DNA of 64,000 bases from Moniliella sp. 'wahieum'. Taxonomy: Eukaryota. Under the pieces are notes generated by a model. The model was not told the DNA's origin and did not search any database. It was given only the letters and a program-made list of their open reading frames with translations. Each line of letters starts with the position of its first letter. Position 1 is the first letter of the stretch. Location: positions 496,001 through 560,000 of the forward strand of contig RSEE01000017.1 in the NCBI GenBank assembly GCA_003971905.1, read 5' to 3'. This document shows positions 13,749 to 25,746 of the stretch, piece after piece. The translations under genes were made by a program, and so were the position numbers.

Positions 13749-15190
13749 TTGGTGTTCTGCTACGTACTCCCTGACCATCATGTTGCATCCTGGTCTCTCC
13801 CGCTGCATCGGAACCATCTCTTTGCATTCCCACACGCATGTGTCGACCACTTCAACGGACTGTGCGCCCCCTGCGAGTGCATGGGCCGCAGGGTTTGCCT
13901 ACCACCCAAAGTGATTCCTGTAGGCAAAGAAAAAAGCCTGTGGCACTCTACTTGGGTCATTACGGGGCAGTGTATTCTGCTCTCGTTGTAATCATATCCA
14001 TCCTGATTCTCATCCACGTGCAGCGGCTGTAAAAGAGGATGGGGTTTCTTGGCTGCTACGTAAGAAGTGTATCCCATTCAATCTACACAAACGCATTGTG
14101 AACGATAAGGAGATGTGTTGCGAGATGTCAGAGCGTGCCTCTCCTACCTACCCCCATACCAACCTAATGCAGGTCCTTGTAATTCAACTGAGCAGCTGGT
14201 ACCCCGGCGTTGCCTATCCGGATGAATATGTCGATGTGCAAGCTGGGCGGTCTAGCCAGGCGGAATGGTTCCCACGGGGGTGTGGAGAGTTCCTACTTCA
14301 ATTTCTGTTCCTCTCATAACATGTTGCTTCAACTCCGGTGCTAACTCTACGTATTGCCAGCTATAGCGATCGTCCAAATCACATGGAGCAGACTGGCAAT
14401 GCCGGAATGGGCAGGCGGGATCCTGTTTTAGTACAGCTCTCCAAGCTTCAGGTTGACAGGATGCATGAGATGCATTACGGTACCGACCTCGGTTACCGGT
14501 TTACCCATGCATGCGCGCGCCTACGTGGGTACGCCTGAGTGCGCCCAAAGACAAGCCAGCCAGACTATCCAGACAGACGGGCCCAGTAACCGGTGCTGTC
14601 CAAAGGCCCAAGGCCATCCATGTCCATATGGAACACCCACATGGCTTGGCTAAAACGGAGGAGACGTGGCGAAGCGTTTGACGCGCGACGCAGCTAACCC
14701 GTAACTAGTAACCCTATACCAACACCCACCTCGCCCAGGCCCAGTGTGGCATGATGCATGATGCATGATGTTCCTGATCGCCGTTCCCCGGCGAAAGGCC
14801 GCAAGGGGGCAGTGCTCGGGACTGGCCAGCTGGGACACGGCCCAGGGGCCTGGCCGCTTGTCAGCACGCGGCGGCCCACCACTCGACCGCCCTACTCCGT
14901 AAGCGCTAATAAGCGGATTTCCTTCTGCTGCACGCATGCCCCCAACACCCCACACTTCCCCCTGCCCCTCCGACCCAATCGGATCACAGTGGCTAACCTC
15001 GTGCCCTTCTGGCCACGGCCATCACCTGGGACTAGCCGCCTCCCCTCCGATCCGTCGCCGCGAGACGAGCGGGAAATACCTGCTACCATCTCCCTCCACA
15101 CACTCTTCACTTCCGTTTCCACCACCTCCTGCCCCCTCCCTCCTTTCCCAGCCCCTTCTTCCCCTGCTCACCCCCACACTCCTTCTGGAC

Positions 15191-16198
15191 ATGCACTTTT
15201 ACTACTGCTCTTCTCTACGTTTGCGGCGATCAGTGGACTTGCTCTGCCGGCTATCGCCGCCCAAGGTGAACATGCTCCACGTTTTGCTTTCCACCGTCGT
15301 GTGTGCTATGACGCTCATGCTCCCGGACTGGTGATGTGTTCAACGAAGGCAGCACTTGCACCGTAGTCCTTTGCTTGTTGTTGTGCCCGTCTCGTCCACT
15401 ACGCGGTGGCCATGCTGACCCGTCCGTTCCACAGGTATCTTGGGACCCCGACACGTCAGGTTCCCAAAAGTGGAAGTCGTTCACCCTGACTTACACTGGC
15501 TCCAACTTGGCGATGCAGAAGCTCACCACGTCGCTACCGGATTGGATGGCATCCTCTGGGCCTGGGAAGTACTCGGGACCTGTCCTGAGGTCAAGCCCAA
15601 CTCGGCCATCTACTTTACCAGGCTTCCATCGACGGGACCAAGAGTCCGCAGTGGACCATCGATTCGCCATTGCTGATACCAGCGTGCGACCACCCCCCCA
15701 GAACACGACAATCAGCCCACCCCAGTCACCCCGGCCGTGCCTTGGGGTTCCGGGCAGATCGTATCGACCGGTGCTGCGGGCAGCGCTGCTGGCTCCAGCT
15801 CATCGAATTCAACCGCGTCGTCGACTACTTTGCAAAGCGCTTCTTCCGTGAAGGGATCATCGTCGTCTTCATCCACCTCGACGTCCTCATCCACCTCCTC
15901 GTCCACCTCCTTGCCCGCATCCTCCTCCTCCTCTTCGGCTTCGGAGACACCTTCTTTCGACTTCCTCGACTCCTCCTCTACCGGGTCCAGGCACGGCGCC
16001 GCCACGTCGACGGCACTACAGCAAAGCGGCTCGGCTGCTACCTTGTCATCGAGCGTTGTGGCAGGGGAACCTACTTCCTCTGTCGCGTCGGGTACTACCG
16101 TTACGTCTTCGTCCTCGTCTCCTGCTGGCCACACGGGTCCAAGCTCGATGGTTGTTGTGGCTGGGGCTATTTGGGTCGCGGGAGTGATCCTGTGTTGA
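15191..16198 (+). CDS. Secreted Ser/Thr-rich, probably GPI-anchored cell-wall protein (Kre9/Knh1-like N-terminal Ig-like domain); intron and frameshifts
   Basis: Hydrophobic N-terminus, DVFNEGSTCT/VSWDPD, GSNLAMQKLTT, TCPEVKPNSAIYF and PWGSG, then a long Ser/Thr tract and a hydrophobic C-terminus (MVVVAGAIWVAGVILC). Confidence 0.75.
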
Positions 16199-17736
16199 GC
16201 ACAGGACAAAACCCATGACGTGCTCCGCACCTGCTCCACTTCTTTTCTTTCCCATCTGCCGTCTCTGCTCGTTACCGCCTCAGGCCTCAACCCAGCTCTG
16301 GCCTATCCAAAAGTATAACTCATAGGACCTTGAAGAGGCAAATCGACGCTTCCTGAACCCTCCCCCCCTCCCTCCACATTCTTTCTATATCTGGCTCCTC
16401 GATCCATCCTCTTTTGTTCCTACTCTACTCTACGTGTTTTTGCGTATCACTCCCAAAGAGCCGTACAGACCATTGGTCCTATACGTATCGATATCTGCGG
16501 CAGTAATATCCGGGGGCCTTACCTCGTTTCTTTTGGTTTCGCCCCAAAACCACACAACGGAGTAAGAGATGAACTGGTGTGTTGGGGGCGAGGAAGTAGT
16601 GCCCCGTTTTCTCCCCAACTTAAGAACTACGACTGCATCTCTACGGCGAGATGACCGAGAGACGATGCGGACGGGGATAACCGGCTCGGCGCGCATCAAT
16701 GTTTATCTCGAACTAAAGCGGTGAACCTCGTGATTGGGTGGTTGGTTCAAAGTCAGTCCGACCAAAACCCATATCTCCCAATGTATCCGTATAAAAGAGG
16801 AACAACAGTAGTGACTGGAGTGACCCGGAAAGACACATTGACATCCTGTCACCATTATAGAATAGGGAGTACCTCAGAGCTAATCCTATAGATATACTCA
16901 GCATTGATTGTTCTTTGAATGCCCCGCATAGCCCCCATTCTTTAGTAGTTTTCCCTATCGAACCTGCAAAAGGCGGCTTTGTTCCTTCGTTTCCCTGTCA
17001 TGCTCTCGGACTCCAAGCGGGGGGGTTCGCCCGTTTACTCGTTTCCCACGTTCACCACACTGTTAAGTTAGACGCTATATGAACCGTCGTCCTATGGCCG
17101 CCTTTGTTTCGTTGCCTGTATTTTCCAAGCCTTCACAACCCACACACATCCCGTGAAAGGCCAGAGGGGGTGTCGAAGCATGAGTTGGACGCACTACTGT
17201 ACTTACAATAGCTGTACTAGTACCAGGACACTGGCTCGGCCCATCTGCCTGCATGGGGTGCCAATTGATTAATGACCGAAAAATGTGACTGCAGACAGAA
17301 GAAAGTGGGCCCGTATATAGTAATACGAGCGCGAGGCCTCAATCTGAGGCCTATGTGAGATCTGAGATGGAACATGCATATTTCCATTCGTTTTCCCCGG
17401 GACTTGGGCCCAGGCACCACGGCTAGAAGAGGTGACAGGTGACAGGTGACCACGTAACATACGGTGGACGGGAGAAGCCACGACCGGCGTCTACCATGGG
17501 ATCTACAGTGTCGCTCTCGTGCTCACCGTGCGGCAGTGGAAAGAAAGAGGACAAGCGCCAAAAGATCACCAGCACGGCTCCAGCTCGCCGGTCCAAGTCC
17601 CCTGTGCATACACCGATCAAAGCGCGTAGGTGGGAGGACAGAGTAGATGAGAATGCAGCCGCTTCGCCGACAGGGGAGGGAATGAAGGTGGTAGATGAGG
17701 AAGGGTCCGGGGGCAGGGGAGGGGGGGGAGGGAAGA

Positions 17737-17822
17737 GCAGAAGAACAGAACAGAAGAACAGGGTGATAGAGGAACAAAGGAACAGAGGAACAGAGGAACA
17801 GAGGACGAGAGGAACAGGAAAA
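17737..17822 (+). repeat. Purine-rich (GAACAGAG)n-like repeat in the 3' flank of the NRPS-like gene
   Basis: gaacagaagaacagggtgatagaggaacaaaggaacagaggaacagaggaacagagg. Confidence 0.75.
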
Positions 17823-17843
17823 GGGAAACCAAGAGCAAGTAGG

Positions 17844-20800
17844 TTACTTGAGTGTGCTGCCCGATGCGGCGGAGGATGAGCCGCGGTAGAGCGGAAGGAG
17901 AGGTGCTAGGAACCCGGAACTTTTGCCCATGGGTTGGGCTAGGTTGTAGTCCGATTCGCGCTGTTGCGGCGTCGTCTTGCCCGGGGTAAGACCGGTGCTG
18001 GAACGGCGGAAGCGCATTTGCCTGGCGGGCCAACCAGCATAGACGCAGCCCGCCTCGGCAATCTCGCCTGACGCGACGAGCGTGTGTTTCGTAGAGCATC
18101 GAGTGCGGTTCCATGCTCGCGCCCGATAAAGCCGGGAGCCTGTTCGCAACGCACAGCCGTCCCCGATGGTGAGACGGTTGAGGCTAAACCTGCCGCGCGA
18201 GTTGATGTGGGCCACGACGAAGCATCGTCCAAGCTGACCTTATTGCCCATCGTGACCAACTCGGGTTCGGTTAGTTGCAAACTCGGTTTCCCCCCCGCCC
18301 AGATCGCACAATCTTCCCGATTGTCGCACCGAGCAGACGGAGGTAGAGAACGGCATACCAACTGCCCGAAATGCAGCCCACGATCCGCCCGCCAACCCGC
18401 GCCCGAGTAACCGTTGCAGCGAGAGGTGCAGTTGCCAGCGCTGGCAGTACGACGACATGTCCCAGTCGTACCGCCCCTCGCGCCGACGACCAATGATGAT
18501 CCATTTGGTCACGATGACCCAAGCAAAGGCCAACAACGCTAGCGTCGTCATGATGACAATGAAAGCAAGCGCAATGTACACATACACCAACGCTGGACGG
18601 TACCAGTGGTCCCAACAGGCCGGGCGCCTGTGCTCATAGTTCAACCGCGCGCGGTTGAGAATCACCACGGCAATTGGGGCGGGTGCAGCCCAGTAGACTG
18701 AACTGGCAGCGGCCATAAAACACATTGACCAAAACGATGAGGGGGTAGGGGAAAACAAGTAGGGCGCCTTGCGTTGGTAAACGCCCGACCAAACGGCGTC
18801 ACTGTGCTCTGGTCGGGGCGGATTTGCCAAAGCTGACTGGCTCACCTGCTTGGCCCCCATCCAGACCGATAACGCTCATAGTACCCGTTCCGGCGCGACA
18901 GAGCACCAGAGCCCATGACCGCTTGACGATCCACTGTTGTGCCAGGCAAGAGCGTCACGCGGTCCGCAATCATCGCCCCCGATGCGATGGAGATACGGTT
19001 GAAGCCAATCGAGTCGGAGGTAAACAGCTCGGAGCGCGAGCCAAACACCACATCGTCCCCTACACGGAGCAACTCTGGGTCAGGGCAGTACACGCCCGAG
19101 CCAGGCCAGTAGACCCTGCGGCCCACTTGTGCCCCCATCGCACGGTAGATGACCGAGGTCATTTCATAGTGGGTACAATGATGGCGAATCCGCGCCGTAG
19201 TTGGGGTTGGGAAAGAAGTTCCAAACACATCCATCTGCGGAACAGCGCCCATTGACTCGCATTGCGCATGGACCCTTCCTTGTTGCGCCCGAGAAGAGAC
19301 GCTTGACAAGGATACCAAGGATCATGTTGGAGAGAGGAGGCATACAGTTCCGCACGATGCGCGCGACAAAGTGCCAACCAATACGTTGTGGGTACGCAAA
19401 CCATGCAACGACACTTTGACGGAATCGGTCCGGTTGAACAAGAACGGCTGCGACAGCAGCATAAAGAGCGCAGCAAACAAGGGATGTAGCATAAGAACAT
19501 GATCCCATATTGATGGGAAGTCCAAGAAACACAATGAGGAAGATGTTGGGCTGGGGCACCTCACCCTTATTGTACGCGGCAAACCCATCTGCCGAAGGCT
19601 CCTCGTGCGAGGATGCCTGAGGTCCCCAGACCGTGCCATCGGGCAAGTAGGCACCCGGGGCAATTTGGGTAAACGTATTGACAATCGTGTGCCGTCCAAT
19701 CACCACCGGTTCAAGACGGAAGTAACCATCCCGCTCCACAGCAAATCCGCGGACCACACTACGATCGATTCGCGCGCCATCGTGGATTGTGAGCAAGTCG
19801 TACTCCGCCAACTTGGCAAACTTGTCAATCTTGACGTTGGTTCCAATGCGTGCACCAAGGAGGCGGTAGTATGCAATGCGGAGCGAGGGTGTAAGATTGA
19901 ATAACCCTTTGCCCGACATGGCCAGTGACTGGTTCACGATCCACCAACGCAGGTGGTAGTTGCACCACATGGGGTACTTGCCCGGACGATAGCGACCGAT
20001 CACGACCCATTTGAACAGGATAGCCGCAATGGGGCAGATGATCCGCGAAGTGAGACGAGCAGCAACAAGGAAGGCAAGCAAGACGCCCACCCGTTCCCAA
20101 AAGTTGTCCGAAATGTTAGGCGGAAAAGGCAAGGCCTTGCAAGATCACCGTCCATGTCCAGGCAGCCTTAAGAGGGTACATCAACATAAGAGGAAGGATC
20201 TGGACAAAAAGCACCCAGGGATGAGTTTGACTACGGGGCTGGTACCCGTGCGAATGCAGGTAATCTGGAATATCCCCATCCTGCTCGTAACCGTGGGCGG
20301 GGGAGCGAATGAAGCCATTTTTCTCGTCGGAATACCCGCTTGCCATGTATTCATCGTCATCGTCTGATCCCAGTTGTTCGTCAACCAGGCCAGCGATGCC
20401 GACAATGGTTGAATTGGTAAATACGGACGCCACTTCCAAGCTCGCTCCCGTCTCTTTCTTGATAGCATGGATCAGACGACCCAGGAGGAGAGAGTTTCCG
20501 CCCAAAAGGAAAAAGTCCGAGTCAGCGGTAATCGCACCTGAATCCATGTTGAGAAGCTTGGCAACACAGTCCCTCACGACCTGCGTAGAGTAGGACATAT
20601 CTGCTGCATTTTGCGCCCGCACCTCTTCGTTCATCGTGGCAAAGTCGAAACGGCCATCGCGAGTTCGGGCAAGGCGTTGACGGAAGACGTGCAACGGGTT
20701 GGGGACAATGTATCCATCCAGTACCCCAGCCAAGGCGCCATCAATATCAGCAGCATCGTACTCGGCATCTTCGTCAATGTGGAGGAAGGCTTCCGGTGCT

Positions 20801-22716
20801 CCGTCCGGCCGCATCTGCACGGCCACCTCTTGTACCCCAGGGATGCGAGCGCAGGCCCGCTCGATCGAGCTCAGGTCTATCCGCACCTTACGGCACGGGA
20901 TGGGAGTGCTGAGCGGGGCATTTTTGTCAGGCGCCCTGGCTTCAAAGTGGCGATCCAGCAGAGGAGTGTCGTCAGCGAGAGGCTGGATACCAAGGCGCTG
21001 GCCGAGCTTGATGCGAAGTGGTTTTCCGGCCTGGTTCTTGGGCAGTTCGTCCATGTAGACAATAGCGAACGGCCACTTCGAGGGGTGCAGTACATTGCGC
21101 AGCGTATTCTGTAGCTCCATCAACCCAATCCTTGGTTGGTTGGGCTGGGGCACTACCACTACACCAATTGTCTCTTGCAGAACTTCATGATCGATCGAAA
21201 AAGCAAGAGTTGCCTTGACACGTTCGCGCACATTGGCCGTGATGGCCTCCTCGATCTCAAAGGGGGAGATGACCTCACCACCCTTGTTGATGATTTCTTT
21301 TGACCTCGACGTCACGTAAAGGAAACCGTCGGCGTCCATGTGGCCTACATCGCCCGAGTCGAACCAACCAGCACGGGTAAAGCAAGATGTGTCCAGCTTC
21401 CCGGGCGCCACTTCGTATCCGTCAAACGTTGGCAGACCTCGAACACAATCGCACCATCAACACCAACAGGTACTGGTTTCTCCAATGTGCGAGGGTCCCG
21501 AATCGACAAGTCCGGACCGCAGGCTACCGGAGCACCCAGGACGCTCCAGCTGGTAGGTAACGGGCGGGGAAGCGATGGGCATACACTCGGTCATCCCATA
21601 CGAGGGAAGGATGGCACAGCGAAACGTGTCACGCATCTGCATCGCGAGCGTAGGGAGAAGACCACCAGCAGCGTTGCAAATCATCTTGATCTTAATGTCA
21701 CGCGCGACATTGATCTCCGGCTTGGAAGCAAGGATGGCTTGGTGCATTGTTGGCGCAGCGTAGTACCAAGTCGCGCCGAGGTTGCGTACCAACGTCCACC
21801 ATGTGGTGGCATCAAAGCCGGCACACATGATGGCACTGCCGCACGAAAAGAGGGGGGCCCACAGATTGCGGATAATGCCACCCACGTGGAATAGAGGCAT
21901 CATGTTCACTGGAGCAAAGGAAGGTCAGCGGACAATGTACACCAAAGGGATACGTCACCATGATGAACATACTATTGACCGATTCGGGTTTGAGCTGCCA
22001 CGAGTCCACAACACAGCAAGTGCCAACGATCAGGTGGCGCATGTGTAGGGGACGACCTTTTTGGTGCCAGACGTTCCTGACGTGTGAAGGACAAGGGCCG
22101 TGTCTTGGAGCTCATTGGGACGTGGTCGAGGCTGATTGCGCGTCGAAGGTGGGGCGCAGATGTCGTCGCCGTCGAGCACGGCCAGGTCAAAGAGACCGGC
22201 CGGACCGGTGAGGCGCATGTCGACAAAAATGACCTCGAGCCCATCGCGGGCATAGCAGGACCAAAGGTCGAGGCGCTCAATGGCGTCGCGGGTGGTGACG
22301 ATGGCGCGGGCGCGGAGACGACGAGCATCTTCGCGCAGCTCCTCGGACGTGCAGGCGGCATTGACGGGAGCGGCGGTATAGTAGGCGGAGATGGCCATGA
22401 GGGCCACTGCATTTTCGGGGCCGGTGGGCAGGGCAACCATGACGCGGTCGTTGCGTTGCAGGGGACGGGCGCGGGAGGAGACGGGAAGACGGAAGGCGGA
22501 GATGAGGGAGCGGAGCATGTTGTGGTCGAGGGGGGCGGTGGTGGAGGTCGGGGGACCAGAGGGCGGGGCGTGGGCTGGTGCAGAGACAGTCGAGGAGGGT
22601 GGTGATGCGGCCGCTGTCGGTAACGTGAGCTGCGACATGGGCGCCGAGGGGGTGGTGGCGGGGCGGGGGGGCAGGCGCCCCAGGATGGAGAGCGGGTATG
22701 CGCCCGAGGACGCCAT
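17844..22716 (-). CDS. NRPS-like enzyme: A domain, duplicated A-subdomain, T domain, then three Pls-type terminal domains with TM segments; intron 21909-21972; several frameshifts
   Basis: A-domain motifs LVLHTSGTSGTKKVVP, PLFHVGG, SYGMTE, WFDSGD, RSKEIINKGGE and LPKNQAGK. T domain DFFLLGGNSL. Terminal domains contain KWVVIGRYRPG..W / YYRLLGARIG, YRAMGAQVG, and KWIIIGRRREG..W / YLRLLGATIG, and the protein ends with YAGWPAR. Confidence 0.88.
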
Positions 22717-25700
22717 CGGAGGGGGGGAGCGATGGGCGCTGTGGTGGTGGTGGCAGCGGAGACGACGGCGGCCACGACGTAATGCGTAATGCAAGGCTGC
22801 GGCGGCTGCCTGCGCCCCGCCGGGCAAACGTGCGGGCGAGCAAAGTGCAGGCAGGCTGGGCCGGGGCTAAGTTGAGCCGCAGCGTGCTGCTGCTACTGAG
22901 TACCCGTGCTGAGTCCCACTGGCCGAGTGCGCTGCGCCTCCCTGCATGCATGCATGCCTATCGACTATCCAGCTCATGGGAAGCATTGAGCGCATCATGC
23001 ATCTGCATCATCGCATGCATCTCTCTCCCTGCAGCGCCCCCCGCAGGCATGCCCGTGACATGTGACGCGTGACGCCCAGCCTCAGCGCTGACGCTCACCG
23101 GTGACGCCGCTGCGACCCACCACCGCTTGGGGCCAGTGCCAGCCGCAGCTTGGGCCACCAGGCAGGTACCCACGAGTCACCCATCGCCCGCCCGCGCCTC
23201 AGCTCCAGCGCCAGCAGCTCAGCGCGCCGAGGCGCAGCGCCGCCGCGCCGCCCCAGTGCAGCATGTGGCCTTGTGTTGGAAGGCTGCCCCTCTGCCTGCG
23301 AGGAACCCGCCAGCGGACAGCGCTGCCAGGGGCGCAGTGCCCGCTGCCCCCTCTGGCCACCGGCCTCGTGGGGCTCCAAAGGGCACCGCGCGCCCACACC
23401 GCCGCTGCCTCCGACAGCGTGTCAGATCGGCGGGCGGCCGCCACCGGCACGGGCTTGCTCTTGGCAGAGTGGAGGGCAGTGCAGCCGTCGCTCCATCTCC
23501 GCGATTTGCAGCAGGCATGCAGTATGGCCCAGCGCTGAGCCTCAGCTGCGCTCAGCCTGAGCGCATCAGGTGGAACTACCAGTTGGCCCGCACTGGGCGG
23601 TGCGGGAGAGTGCTCTGGTGAGCCGCTGGGCTGAATCACGGAGTAGCGCAGCGCCTGAGAAACCCCCCGATCGCTGCTGCGCACACTGCCCATCGTCAAG
23701 CATTAAACGTTAAGCTTCCAGCTGCGAAACGAGCTACTCGCAGGCGGGGGGGCACCGTCTACCGGCTACTGGCCCTTCCACCGAACAAGCGATCACCGGC
23801 ACCAGATCACTGGCCCTGGCCATCGATCGAACCAAGCATGTCACACATCACACATCCCAAGTTACTAGTCCGTCTGGAGGCAGTGCGACAGTTGCGTTCA
23901 GCACTCGTGGCTACTGGCGTGCTTGCTGCCGGTACTGAGCTATTTCGTGCGTTGGCTCGACGTTTGCCACTGCCATCGGTGCTTTTTTGAAGCTGGAAGC
24001 TTGAAGCTAGCGAAGCTTGAATGTCGTCAACGTTCAACTTGACCAAGCTTGTACTACCTACGGTGACTAGGACTGGTAACCGGTGACCCGGCGACAGAGT
24101 ATCGTATACCCCACCGTGTCTTTTGCCCATCTCTCCTGGATCCTACAGACAGAAACACCATCTATCCCAAGACACGCATCTAATATCCTCAGCCGACCCG
24201 TTCATCCTGTTGGCCACCGCTGCATGACGAGATGTCATGATCCTCTCCGCAATGCGAAAAGAAGATGTCTGAACACACTGGAAACAACTTTACACGAAAC
24301 AAGACGGGCTGATGATTGATGATCGATGGGCCCGGATGAGCGGATACGCACTCTCTTCTGCCTCCTAGCTGGTATACAACAAGTTCTGCTCCCAATACGC
24401 AAAAGAGGGCTTCGGCACATCCAAACGCCGTGAGTAGGTCCCCTGTTTTGATGTGGGCCAGCCCACCCAAGGAGGATGCCATCTCCTCCCCGATGAAGAG
24501 ATGAGCAAGCCAACTAGCAATTTTGAGGACACGCCTTGTGAAGCGGAGCGTGTTGTCCCTTTGTACGCGTTTTTGTTGGTTTAGACCACCATCACCACTC
24601 GATTGCATTACCCTCGAGGACCATCAGGATTCCAGGTCTCAGATCTCACCAGTCCGACTGCCGAATCGCCTCACTTTCCGAGCAGAAGGCGGCTAAAAAT
24701 GGTAGCGACGCTCGGCTCGTGTATACACCACACCAACGTTACATGCGAAACGTTACAGCCAGGCTCTCATCCTGCAGAGTAACAACACAGTTGTCCAGGT
24801 GCGGGCATTATCGGGTGTGAGACATTGTGCGCGAACGCGAACTTCATCTGGTTCGTAACAAGAACACGGTACAATTGCTTGATGGGCCGTCCAGTGGGCT
24901 TGCATGATCCATCGCAACCAACACAAAGTTCCTCGCGCGCGATTTTGCGCATCCGAGGTCGCTGTGAAAAGAGCAGGCTCTGGTGACCCCGAAAGCTGTA
25001 AGCACACAAGACCGCTTCTTACTATGCACGTGCCGTTCCAGTTTTCCTACTTCGATCTCTAGCCCACGATCCTCGTTGATGCGCTGATGAACAAAGAACC
25101 TGGCGACTGGCACCTGTCATCGATCTCCATCTCTCCCGAGGGCGCGTATTGTGGTGGCGCAGTTCTTTCGACGATGGATCGGGGCGGCGAGCAGAGCGGA
25201 ACGGAAGGGCATCCACGGAGAGAATTGACATTTCAAGCCTTGCTGGCAATTCAATATTGACCGAGTAGTACTCACGTAATCAGCGATTCCAAACAAAGAT
25301 AGACAGTGCTCTTGGCCAGACTTAGTGCGCCTGTCTCCCTCTGCCCCCGGCTTCCCTCGATGCGATCGTTGATCAGCGACTATTAAGTGACGGTGGCGTT
25401 GGTTGGGCGGGGAGGGGGCGGGGAAGAACCAGATGCTTGGCTGGGTAATCCTACGCAGCTGGGTCCAGCGTCCAACATCCGACTTGCACTAATTCAGCGT
25501 CCCACAGCGGCCAGTCGCCGCTGTGCGCCTCTTACTCAGATCATGCTCATGCATCATGCATGTCACCCACTAGAGTCACTGTTTGGCCAAGGTCACGCTT
25601 CAAGTCCCCGCGTAGCCAAATCAGAGTCCGCTCTGCTCTGCTTGTTATCAGTACTGAGAGTACTTAGCAGGCCAGTTTGCCACACCACCACCACCACCAC

Positions 25701-25746
25701 CACTACCACCGCCACGGCCGTTGCCCTCTTCCCCATCTCGTTGACC

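Noticed and set aside
16700..16780. tRNA-like GGTTCAA motif
   Set aside because: No T-stem, cloverleaf or A-box could be built.
1..22716. Biosynthetic cluster linking the ABC transporter, PL14 and the NRPS-like gene
   Set aside because: They are separated by housekeeping genes (HOS3, YHM2, GAR1), and there are no tailoring enzymes or cluster regulator.
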